Source: Phoronis australis (lineage: Eukaryota > Animalia > Phoronida). Taken from it: 64,000 bases of DNA. The notes under the pieces are model-generated. The model was not told the origin of the DNA. It was given only the letters and a program-made list of their open reading frames with translations, and did not search any database. The stretch is taken from assembly GCA_002633005.1 (NCBI GenBank), contig NMRA01000581.1:200787-264786 (forward strand), read 5' to 3'. Below, one piece after another: positions 12,727-23,744 of this stretch. The first letter of the stretch is position 1; every line of letters starts with the position of its first letter. Made by a program: the position numbers and the translations under genes.

Positions 12727-12742
12727 GGTTCTTAAAAGAACC
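12727..12742 (-). promoter_or_regulatory. Histone-mRNA-type 3' stem-loop (proximal copy)
   Basis: Minus strand: ttcaac GGTTCT TTTA AGAACC atttc, 10 nt after the TGA of the PHD ORF. Confidence 0.8.
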
Positions 12743-12752
12743 GTTGAATAAT

Positions 12753-13070
12753 TCAACATAAATCACACAGTATACCATGCTCACTCAAGTACTGAAGGTC
12801 CTCTTCATTAAAGTTTTCATCTGGAAAGGTTGGATGAAAACAGAGGAGATGACAATATCGATGACAGTTGTAACACCTTAGATAGATATCACCGTTCACC
12901 AACGTTGTCACGAACCCTGCATCGTTCAGTTCTTGTTCCTGTATCCACAAATAATCCTGAACTGTAGGAAAAAAATGACAAACAACACAACGAATCAAAT
13001 TTCGAAAATCATCGCCTTCGTACGATTCCGTGTTGCTGTCACCAGACTGATGTTCTTCTCCAACGTCCAT
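12753..13070 (-). CDS. Small intronless PHD-finger (C4HC3) protein, 105 aa, with acidic N-terminus
   Basis: From ATG 13070: MDVGEEHQSGDSNTESYEGDDF, then C-x2-C-x34-C-x2-C-x4-H-x2-C-x24-C-x2-C with the stop right after the last Cys. Followed by two histone-type stem-loops. Confidence 0.7.
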   Translation of the reverse strand: MDVGEEHQSGDSNTESYEGDDFRNLIRCVVCHFFPTVQDYLWIQEQELNDAGFVTTLVNGDIYLRCYNCHRYCHLLCFHPTFPDENFNEEDLQYLSEHGILCDLC

Positions 13071-13356
13071 CGTAAAAAATCGACGTTGCAAGTGATGGAA
13101 ACTTGTCTACGCTCTCGTCCTTTGTTTCTAACCTTTAACCCATTTTTTAATAAAGGGGTGTACTGTTTTTGGCTCATGTTGATAGTGCATAATCTATGGT
13201 TTTACAATGTATTAATAGTGTTAAATGCATATATATGAACTGGTCTCATTGAGGTGCACAGCAAATAAATTAACTATAACAAATTAAAGTTTTGAAAATA
13301 TAAAGAGCAGTAACAGACTCCCTAAAAATTAGGCTTGTTTTCGAAAGGTTTGCGCC

Positions 13357-13396
13357 ATTGGTGATCCGATTGGTTCAATCGCTTGCGGCGGGAAAA
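13357..13396 (-). promoter_or_regulatory. Putative promoter: E2F site plus two CCAAT boxes
   Basis: Minus strand TTTTCCCGCC (13396-13387), CCAAT (13373-13369) and CCAAT (13361-13357), about 290-330 bp upstream of the PHD ORF ATG. Confidence 0.5.
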
Positions 13397-13561
13397 TTGA
13401 TAGACCCAGTTATTGTGCGCGTGTACACTGTATCAATGCTTTGTATCTTATTCTTATTTGTCTAATCTGTTGATACAGTAAATTTCCTTATTTATGCCCA
13501 TCCTGATTTAACCCCGACTTGAGCTCCTTGGGTTTTACCATATTGGGGCTGTCCAGGGACT

Positions 13562-13716
13562 CACGTGCATGCGCGCACCCAGTCTTCAAAATGGGGGGCT
13601 CGAATTCCTGACGTTATGGAACTGTTGTTAACAAGAGAGCGGGCAGACCTTTTTGCCCACTTCGCCAAATGGGGGGGGGCTCGAACCCCCCCCCTCTGAG
13701 TTGCGCGCATGACGTG
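13562..13716. mobile_element. Short MITE-like hairpin element, copy 1
   Basis: CACGTGCATGCGCGCACCCAG ... CTGAGTTGCGCGCATGACGTG inverted ends; internal GGGGGCTCGAA shared with copy 2. Confidence 0.55.
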
Positions 13717-13980
13717 GTGCTTACTCGAATGAGTTTCATTTTAGCGGCTATTTCCAATTGTGTAGGTGAAGTAAATTAACAAAGTGGATGATTATCATCA
13801 CCGGTATTTCATCATTAGTATTTTTGTCGGCCTCTCAAGTTTTCCGTGGCTAGGGATTGTCACATCTGTAAGGTAGACGTGTTTCAGTGAACCTCCATGT
13901 TTGTGGCGTTATTTATACCTGACCAAACTTTGAAAAAGAAGCCCGCGTTTAAACCAGGAGCTGCATTGGGTGCAATTTGT

Positions 13981-14158
13981 GTAGACGTTTCATGCGCGCA
14001 CCCAGCCTCTAATACGGGGGCTCGAATCTCTGGCAAAGTGGACCTTTTGCTAACAAAAAGCGTGAGAACTAAAATAAAAAACGGGGTGCTGCCGTATTGT
14101 GGACTTTCGTCTCTTTCTCTTGGACTTTTCCCCTGGGTGCGCGCATGCGTTTGTCTAC
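13981..14158. mobile_element. Short MITE-like hairpin element, copy 2
   Basis: GTAGACGTTTCATGCGCGCACCCAG ... CTGGGTGCGCGCATGCGTTTGTCTAC inverted ends. Confidence 0.6.
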
Positions 14159-14895
14159 GTTGCTAGTTTTTATAAAGGTGGGCCTGTCTGTAGCCAACTA
14201 CGGTAAATTCATAAAAGGTCACGTGCAGTGCAACTCAAGTTCATTACAAATTAAAAATCCGAACTTTCAAACCGTTTGATCTGAGTTGACATCTCAAATC
14301 AAAATTATGAAAATGCCACATAAAAGTATGAAATTGAAAATTAGCACACGTCAGCTTCACGTCCCTACCACCCCCTTTATCTTGCTTGCTACCTCTTAGG
14401 GTTCATTTCCCTTGCTTCCGAGGTTTTTCGTTATTCTGGTATTTTCATAGACTGCAGCGTACTTGGCTAAGATGGTTCAAGTTTTGTGCGGCATACAGTC
14501 GACATAAATAATTGAGTATGTAACCTGCTGTTGAATTGCGGGATAGATTTTGACAGGTCCAGGTATTTATTTCTGAAGTATTAATGTAATCTTTATTTAT
14601 GTTAAAGGTTTTACTAGCGTCCTATTTATTTGTACACGAATGTGAATTTGTTGAAATCGCTGATCCAAATCCTGGCCAAATCTGCGCATTATGCTGAGAC
14701 CAACCGTCTGATCAGGGCCACTGAAGAGTAATTTGGTTAATTCGCTCACTAGACTATGGCTGAAGGTCCTCGTAAGGACAAGAGTTCACCAGTCACTACC
14801 ATTGGAAGAAATTTAGCGGACATTTTTCGTCAAAAAGTTTACCAGATAGTTTTCATCAAAACGGAGAAAAGAAAAATGGATTTGTGAAGACAGGA

Positions 14896-15117
14896 TTAAG
14901 TAGTAGGCCTACCAGAGCCTCTTAAAAAACACCCATCTTCGAAGTGACGTGAACAAATGTACAAGTTTTTTTTGGAAGAACAACTTCCATTCACGTCGAC
15001 GCGAGAACATAACTTTTTCTCCCACAGCGGATTTTGGGGTCTCCGTACACTATGGAAGCTAACGCCTCTGCAATTCGCCTGCGTAGCCGAACAACCGGCC
15101 ACACAGCAGCCGACCAT
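14896..15117 (-). pseudogene. THAP zinc-finger ORF, probably the 5' remnant of a DNA transposon
   Basis: MVGCCVAGC...VSFH...W...ICSRHFEDGCF is the THAP C2CH signature. It stops before the AVPT box, and no transposase follows. Confidence 0.7.
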
Positions 15118-16067
15118 GATTAGCAGACGACGTACTTGCCGGAAATTACATCGGATAATTTAGCCAGGTGTCGCCAGTGAATAATGACGTAAGGGCTTGT
15201 GCGCAAGCTCAAAGATTTCGTCCATTGAAAGTATACGGAGTTGGCGGTCCATGCACTATAGTCTATGATTACACCGAAAAATAATTGTAAGATACTTACC
15301 TACGCATCCACCTACACGGCGACTAATATGGGCCTTACCGAGACAAATGTCGAAAGTTTTTAGCACGAGACCGGCAAGTGCTGAATGAAACACGCTCTGG
15401 TTTAGGCCTACTGCTTGTGCAAATTTCTTTAGACACATCTACTAGCTAGTTAATTAGATTGCGTGGCTCTGGCCAAAAGACGGTCTCTGCTTTGGCAAAT
15501 GAACTCTGTGACACGCACGCGCTCGCTTACTCGCAGACGAACTTCAAAACAAAGTCACGTGACAACAACATGTGTGTTCGTCCAGTGGCAAAATAACCTT
15601 TTTTACTCTCGCGACATCTAGCGACCAGATAGCGTTTTGATGACATGCGCGTTAATAGAATGACCCGAGTTTTCACAAGTGGAGGAGTTTTTATATAGGA
15701 AGTAAATACTTGCGGAGGTCGGTTTTCAAATTACACTGCAGTTGTATTCTTTGATAATTTGTAAAGGTGTAAACAAAAATACTCCAAGTCTATAGCCTCT
15801 GTGCTTATGATGTACCTCGCATTTTGCCTAATATAACATTCGATATAAGTAATTGGCTTGTAAAATGCACACTTTATCTATTCAGCAGTCTTACACAGTA
15901 GGTCACAAAGCCGATGTTTTGTTTATTTAACGCTGCATGGTTGTCAATACTTGCATTTGAAGACAATATGTTCATCTAATCAGATTTTGAATTTGTCAAT
16001 GCCCCAATAACATGCAGTGCTGCGAACACAAACCAATTTGCAAATGTGAGGAACTGGCCGTACTAAT

Positions 16068-16392
16068 CAGTGGCGGATCTATGATACCATGGCATAAGGG
16101 GGGCCCAACATGTTGCCTCGGGAAATTGTGCAAGGTGTGATTGGCGTAGGCAGCCCAAAAGGTGAGGGAGCCAGCCTGTGGAGGTGCACCTTCCGTTCAG
16201 TAAAATCTACCATTCGACTAAAAAAGGAGCAGCCACTCCGCGGCAACCTGGACGTTCACCGCTACCGGTCCTACTTCCTAGACTCAATATTTCCTCACGC
16301 TCCGCTCTGTTGCTCTTTCATTTTGCTTGCGGCAGCTAACGGGGGGAAGGGGGGAGCGGGTCGTGCTCCCTGGGCCCCCTAAATCCGCCTGT
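16068..16392. mobile_element. hAT-like MITE (CAGTGGCGGAT terminus)
   Basis: CAGTGGCGGATCT ... CCCCCTAAATCCGCCTGTG with G/C-rich subterminal tracts. TSD not clean. Confidence 0.55.
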
Positions 16393-18012
16393 GCTAATTC
16401 CCGTGAATTCTAAAGGTGTTTCTTAAGTCAAGAGGTAGTTCTTCTTGGTAAATGGAAATGTAATCCTATCAAGGTAAAAACTATAAGAACATTTTATATG
16501 CGTAAAGCGAGGTCTTATTTCATTTCTTACAGCTAAATGGTGTGCAATGAAGCCTAAAGTCAAAAATAGAATGTACATGTAGGCTAATTTCAACAATCTG
16601 AACACCATAAAACTTAGCGTAAGAAGAAATATTGCATTTACCATCAGAGTAAACAACATAGAATTTGTAGTTTGCAGGTGATTCATTTTATTTTACATTG
16701 TTTCATGACACATAAGAACTATGTTTAAGGATCTGTATTTCTAGATATACAATATTAGTTAGCATTGATGAGACTTATTCAAAGCAGGCACCTGCAGAAC
16801 AAACGAAGTCTCAAACAACTGAGGAAGAATAAAAATGATCATTGTATAATTTGAAATAAAAATCTCATACACACTGAATAGAGGGCTATAGTCGAATATG
16901 GCATAACCAAACTTTTGAGAACCAGTTTGATGCCTATTATTTAGTGGAGAAACTAGTTCACAAAATGCGCCACATCTGGCTTAACGCTGTGTCTTATCCA
17001 CGTGCAACTCGCAATTTTCAACCTGTTGCAACATTTTGCGTACAAATACAAATTTCGAAATACATATTTTACAAATGTTAGACTTTATTATTTAGAAAGA
17101 CAAGGATACCCACTATAGTTTACATTTTCAGAAAAGAAATAGTTTTGCAATACAAATAATTACGTGCACACAGCTAAGAGAATGGCAAGTCAATGGGTAA
17201 CTTGTTATTAAATAGGTGTAGCTTATAAATGAATGCCCCTCTGACTAAACTTGTTCTTATTGAAAAACATGCTTTTCCTTGTTCTGTGGATGTTGCTAAA
17301 GAGGGCTTCAAGTTATGCATTCAGCATTGCAGTGATTGCTCAAAACAACCAACCACCTTCCAAATGAACAACCCATCCCCTCAAAACAGATGTATTTTTA
17401 TCCTAAAATATAATTACAAATAATTTACACCAAAACAACAGCAACACTGAGTACTGAGAATGGATGTTTATTGTTATCAAATATTGACTACAACTTGATG
17501 CAGAGTATGTTATAGAACATCATCAGTTGTGTTGTTGTCAACACTTTCCAACATTTGAGCACTTTGGAAATAAACTGGCATCTAAACTGATGCGAAAATA
17601 ATAAATAAGGCCAGTAGGTGACACAATACAACTTATCCATCTGAAAATAAAATAAGTACTGTAAATTTACAATGATTGGTGAAATGCCTATAGATAAACA
17701 TTAATTATTAAACAACATTTTTTCAATGTAGTAAACCCAGAATTCCTAACCCAAGTCCTTAGGAGTTTAAAATATCACTAATATAGTTCTTGAGTCATTT
17801 GAATCGGGAATAGATCGTTTTCACGTGTTAGTACCAAGCAGGCCAATTGTAAAATACAGTCAACATCAAAGAGAAGCTGCAAACAAAAAGACTATTCCAA
17901 AGCATTAGAACAGCAACTAGATGAAAAAATGCATACTACTCACAACGTAAACACCAAGGAAAATATGATTATTGTTTTTTTAAGTGATATCCATTGCCAA
18001 ATCTGTACAGGA

Positions 18013-20278
18013 GTTTTTTAAGTGATATATATTTATTGAAGAATACACAGAACATACAAAGAAATAATAATAAACCCAGAAACCTCGAAGCATTATATCT
18101 GGGTTGTAAACAATTCATCAATGATACTTATATACATAGAGGTATATACAATTAAGTACTATCTATAATAAGTATTCCAATAATTAGATATGCAATTACA
18201 GATATATAAAAGCAAAAATATGTACAGATTCATGTAGGGAAATCAGATGCAACAATATTGATAAACGGTACATAAAAATTTATTAACGTTGCTTAGGAGG
18301 AATTCGTTGAGAACGAAGTTGAAGTTTAGAACTATCATTCAATAATAATGTAACTCTAGTAGGGATATTATTACAAGAATTTAGAGCGTTAACAATTGAT
18401 TGGTTTGCATTGAGTGCACGAAAGAGTGAGTCTCTCAGGTATTCGATGAGGGGACATTTGAAGAAAATATGAGGATAAGATTGATGGTCACCACATTTAC
18501 AGTTTGGAGAGACATTACTTAAGTTGTGCCTGAACTTGTCAGAGGTGAGGAAAACGCCACATGTTGATCTGTACAATGCTATTTCGTTATCGCGGGTAAG
18601 GGAGAATTGAGTCAAGGGTGTTGAGTTATCAANATGAGGATAAGATTGATGGTCACCACATTTACAGTTTGGAGAGACATTACTTAAGTTGTGCCTGAAC
18701 TTGTCAGAGGTGAGGAAAAGGCCACATGTTGATCTGTACAATGCTATTTCGTTATCGCGGGTAAGGGAGAATTGAGTCAAGGGTGTTGAGTTATCAAAAT
18801 TATGAAAAACAGTTCTAAAGTTATTTTTATACTCGTAAAAGACTTGCTTTCCTTAACAGAGATTGGAAGAGAATTCCAGTTGTTGATGCACATGACTGTA
18901 GACCTTCTGAATGCCTGACTGAACGACGGGGGAATTGCATAAGGGGTGGAGGATCTCAAATCACTATGATGGCCTTGTCTAGTATATAGATCAAATATTT
19001 TTTTTAACAGACACATTGTTAACATTGTTTATTACCTTGAAAGTAAATGTGGTCATGTGAATATTGCGTCGAGTAGACAGTTTGGGCCACTTGAGACTAT
19101 TCAAAACCTTAACACTATTGGATCCCCTGTCAGCTCCGGTTATGAGTAAGGCGGCTTAATATTGTAACTTCTCCAAATGTTGGAGTGCACCCGTATTGGC
19201 AGACTGATATATAATATCACAATAATCAATGTGTGGAAGTATAAAGGATTTGAACAAAACTTCTAAATGTGTAGAATTCAGATGATGAGAGACAAGCTTA
19301 AGTGGGTTAATTAGTTCCTGAGTTTTTTGTACGAGCTCCCGAACGTGAGGGGTGAATGAGAGTTTTTCATCTAACAGTATACCCAGATGTCTGTGCGACT
19401 GTTTTCTAGGAATGATTTCATCATTAAGTTTAAGGTCATAAGACGGGTCAACAAGAAAGAGAGCATTAATAGATTTGGAGAAGGTGAGGTCAACGCTTTT
19501 TTCTGGTTTAAAATTCATTCTTCATTCTTGTGACCAGTAGCTGAGTTTATTTAAGTCGTGTTGAAGCTGCAAAGAACATTCAGGGCTGCTCCCTGCGAAG
19601 GGGTAAAAAGCGCCGTGTCATCTGCATAAAGGTATGTGCTACATGACAGGTTATCAGGAAAATCATTAATATAAACCAAGAAGAGAAGAGGGCCTAATTC
19701 GCTACCCTGCGGTACACCTGCGTTTACAAATCGAGGAGGGGATAAAGTTGAAAGTACGCCGTCGACACGAACACTGTATGTTCTTTCGGAGAGATATGAG
19801 GTGATCACGTTTAAAAGATTACTAGTAATGCCATAGGATCGAAGTTTGTGAAGTAGAAGGTCGTGAGGGACACAGTCGAAAGCAGAAGCTATATCTAGAA
19901 AAATGGACCTGACACTCTCGCCCTTCTCAAAATATAAATGAATCTCATGTACTATTGCAACAAGTTGTGCCACGGTGCTGTTCCCACGCAAAAAAAAAAC
20001 AAATTGACGATGATAGATCAAGTTGTTTTGTTTGAGAAATGTAAGAATACTTTGAGCAATGATCTTCTCGAAGATTTTGGACAGGGTGTTAAGTAAAGTT
20101 ATTGGGCGATAATTTGAAATTTCAGTTTTGGAGCCTTTTTTGTGTATAGGGACCATAATTCCATGTTTCCAAGAAGACGGATATATACCTATCTGAAGAA
20201 GTTTGTTAAACAGATTGGTCAGGGGCATGGTAATTTCGTTGGCAATCATTTTGATCATCTTACTGGTTATTAAAGCTG
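18013..20278 (-). mobile_element. 5'-truncated non-LTR retrotransposon (CR1/L2/Crack-like) with broken RT ORF
   Basis: YRPITLLNTLSKIFEK, FLDIASAFD, GVPQGSELGPLLFLVYIND, YADD, HRHLGILLD, PHIDYCDII and C-terminal CKCG..H..C across ORFs 19551-20258, 19156-19518, 18777-19025 and 18283-18780. AATAAA at the 3' end; candidate TSD TCTGTACAGGA (18002-18012, 20279-20289). Confidence 0.92.
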
Positions 20279-21628
20279 TCTGTACAGGAATTGACGATGA
20301 ATGGTGTGAAAACAGTAGTTGACAAGCAGTAGAGAGTGACCTGTAAGCACTTAGACAAGCGCTATAAATTCTTTGGTTTCTTGTGATTTACAGTACGTAT
20401 GTCCAGACAGACGCTGAGTGTCCCAATGACCACGGTAGTTGAATTGAACTACACGCTAATGTGTGTAACTTGGAGGTAAAATTTTCTTTTTGATAAATGT
20501 TTCATTAAATTCTCTACTGTCATTGTTGATTTTTGAGAAACTTTAACTGCAGTACCTATAGACGCACAGACTTAATGGATCACAAATAGATAACATTGAC
20601 GAATAAGGTGGCCTGGAAAGTTGACGTTATCTAACCTCAGATTTTTGTAGGGTGTGACAGGGAGTTTTTTCAAATGTAGTTTTAATTTGCGATAGTATGT
20701 GCGTGCGTCAGAAATGCGGTTTGAGTTTAAAGTCAAACATTCAAACAACGACTTGTTAAGGTTCTTTGGTTGACTTAATGTTTAAATGTAACTTTATTCG
20801 TAGTTTGTCGACACAACTTGTTACACAAATAAACCAGGAAATATTATTAACATAACGCAAATCAATGACAACACAAACAACAGTTTGATAATTTCAGGAA
20901 AAAAATTAAACTGTAATTTAATAAATTTAATATATTTGGTGATAGAATGCCGAACTTACTCGAATTTGTCAACGTCGATTAGTTTTTCAAAACACCGTTT
21001 CAATGTGCCTGAAGTTTCTGGGCTCGAGCTTGGAGAAAAAAACTCCGGAAATTCAAGTTTAAATGAATTGTTGTGATGTGCATTGAAACTAATCGTGATC
21101 GCCCAATCGGTTACAATCTCCAAAAGTGGCGTGCCCAGTGCATTTTCAGGCAATAATCGCTGAAAGTTTCATCAATTTCCCCTCAAAACTAAAAAACTTT
21201 AGCAATCAAATGTGAATGACATCATAGGCTCAAATCACTTCCAAACAATTCAAGCGCAACCAAGAATGGCGAAAACAAGATATCATCACCTTTAACCCAA
21301 AGATTTGAAACGAACACCTGGACACGTGACCACCAAAGTTAACACAAATTATTCTTACACCAGCCTGTTTTAAGTAAATTTTTGAATATTTTTCTGCACA
21401 TTAGCAACCTATGGGAGATCAGTTGAAAAATGAATGGGTTTTATCCTGCCAAATAAGCATGTCATATTAAAGTTTAGTCGAGTCTCGACTCAAAAAGTGA
21501 CCAATCACGCAGCATGAAAACTGGTAGTCACCAGGGCTGTGTTGTCAAAATACATCAAATAGAGAAGTGATTTATTTACAGTGATGAAATAAACACTAAT
21601 TTTCCTTATATAAGCTTGCATAAATACA

Positions 21629-21740
21629 CAAAACGTACCGAGAGAGGCGTACATGAAGTAATATCCCGCGGACTCGGTCTATACGCGGAATAAGGTCTCG
21701 TGGGGTATTACTTTATGTACGCCAATCTAGGTACGTTTTG
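21629..21740. repeat. Imperfect palindrome with ~45-bp arms
   Basis: CAAAACGTACCGAGAGAGGCGTACATGAAGTAATATCCCGCG matches the reverse complement of CGTGGGGTATTACTTTATGTACGCCAATCTAGGTACGTTTTG. Confidence 0.75.
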
Positions 21741-22723
21741 TAATTATTCCATACGCTTCGAATTCCCAAGTTTTTTTCATTTTTTCAGCAGATTTTGTAG
21801 GTACTTCACACAGTTTGTTCACGTGGCGGATCATACCCTATACTGTATGTACTTGCCCGTTAGGTTACATGTTTTCTCTACTAAAAGAAACAGTTTCAAA
21901 TATGACGATTTACTACTTGAAAAGAGATAACAAAGATGAAAAAACGCTAACTTTGCATTGAACTTTTAACATCCCCTGAAAATAGTTAAGTAACAACAAA
22001 ATTCGATATTTTAGTTACCGAGGAATCGGCGACTGAGTTGCAGACGATATAATATTTATCAAATGAAAACTGAGACCGAACTGTCTTATAATTAACAGTC
22101 CTGTTCCAGATGTTACGACTGAGCCCTTATTGCATGTTATTGGTGTTATTTACACCGCAACAGTTGTATTACTTAAATTATTTTCCGAACGTTTGATGAC
22201 CTAACCGGCTAACGACGTCGAGTCGACATTGCTCTACCTTTGAACTTTCCATGTCAGAGGTCACTGTTGAAGTAGTGAGGAAGGTGAATACGAAAAAACA
22301 TTACTACATGCCCGTATTTCCCTCGACAGATTCTACGCGTATAGGATAAATGCATCTTCTTCAAAAAATCTTATTTGAATTCCATAAACGCAAGAATATC
22401 GCGAGTAACGCTGGTTAGGTCACGTGCTCGACACGCAATGCATAGTGATATCTCTCTCGCGCGCGAGATCTTGTGTTTCCGTGAAATTCTTGCTTCTAAT
22501 GAACGCTGGTCCTCCAGACTATTTCAGCATCGTTTGAATACAAAATTTGGCAAAAACAACGGTGACACGTGGTCACTTAACTGTTGTTTCAACTCCTACT
22601 CATGTCCTTATAGGGATATTAGTTATAAACATTATTAGCGTCACAAAATTCCCGATTCTGAGAATACGTGTAGAAAAACACTAAGGTTCTGTGGATTACT
22701 GAGAAAGGACCTCATGGAATCTG

Positions 22724-23744
22724 TTAAGTAGAACATTCCGCTTCTTCAGAAGTTACAGTTACGCTTTCACAATTTCGATTTCCGGTTCTTTTATGTCTGC
22801 TGCCTCGCCAAAATCCGGCAGAGTACATAAGCAAAGCAACGAAAGTTGCAGACGCCATAGAAACAAATAGAAAATATATAGTATGCTGGGCACTATGATT
22901 TTGAAGCAAATATCCAACAATTAACTGAGTGGTTAACCCACCCATGGCTACAAAGACGTCAGCGAGGGACGTCAGAACGCTGGTGACTTCAATGTAATGG
23001 TTTTCAAAGGCTAGTCCTCCCGGAAATATGGGTCCGTACAGAAAAGCAGTAGAAATCATGAAGCCCCATAAGTGATATGTACTGTTTACCCCCACGTAAC
23101 AAAAACAGGCAGAGAGAAAATTGTTGTACCAAGAAGAAACGGTAGCAACAAAAACTGTACAGGAATACGAATAGTTGCAATGAACATAACAAGCCGACCG
23201 ATGGAAAGTGCGAGGATTTGCATGGCGTCCAGCCAGGCGGCGTCTTGCTTTGTTAGTTTCAAGTTGCTCTCGACTGCATACGTCAACATGTAGGTCAGAA
23301 GGGTTTCATCCGCACATTTGCAACTAAATAAATAAAGAATTAAACAACAGCACATGAAGCTGCCATAGACACAGTTTCCTTCTGCGCACGAGCCCGGATG
23401 TAAAAGATTTTTTAACGAAGTTGAATCACCGCGTGATTCAAGAGACTTCCGCGTCTTCTTTACCGGTTTCTTGATTTGCAGCAACGCGCAACCTATAGAG
23501 GGAAATAAAAATGCTCCTGCAATAATGGAATACGGTATTTCGATACGGGAAGCTTTCCCGTATTCAGTGCTGTTGTTTGTGAAAACTATTCCGGTGCCGT
23601 TGTAGCTGCTGTTACTGATTGTGCCGAGAAACGGTGACGCAATGAACGGAACGAGAACCATGGGAAAGGCTGATATAGCGTACACAGCGTTCACAACTGT
23701 GCTGGCTCTACTAGTCCAGTTATTCAGCAATATGTAGTTTCCCA
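22724..23744 (-). pseudogene. Copy A exon 4 (frameshifted)
   Basis: tttcag|TG GGA AAC acceptor. SRIEIPYSII, PGSCAEGNCVYG and LTYAVES match B and C; the frame changes near 23115. Confidence 0.85.

Noticed and set aside
12686-13240. Histone gene or pseudogene explaining the stem-loops
   Set aside because: None of the listed ORFs upstream of the hairpins resembles H1, H2A, H2B, H3 or H4.
18469-18797. 165-bp tandem duplication of the LINE zinc-finger region
   Set aside because: The junction is a single N and the copies differ by about one base; most likely an assembly overlap.
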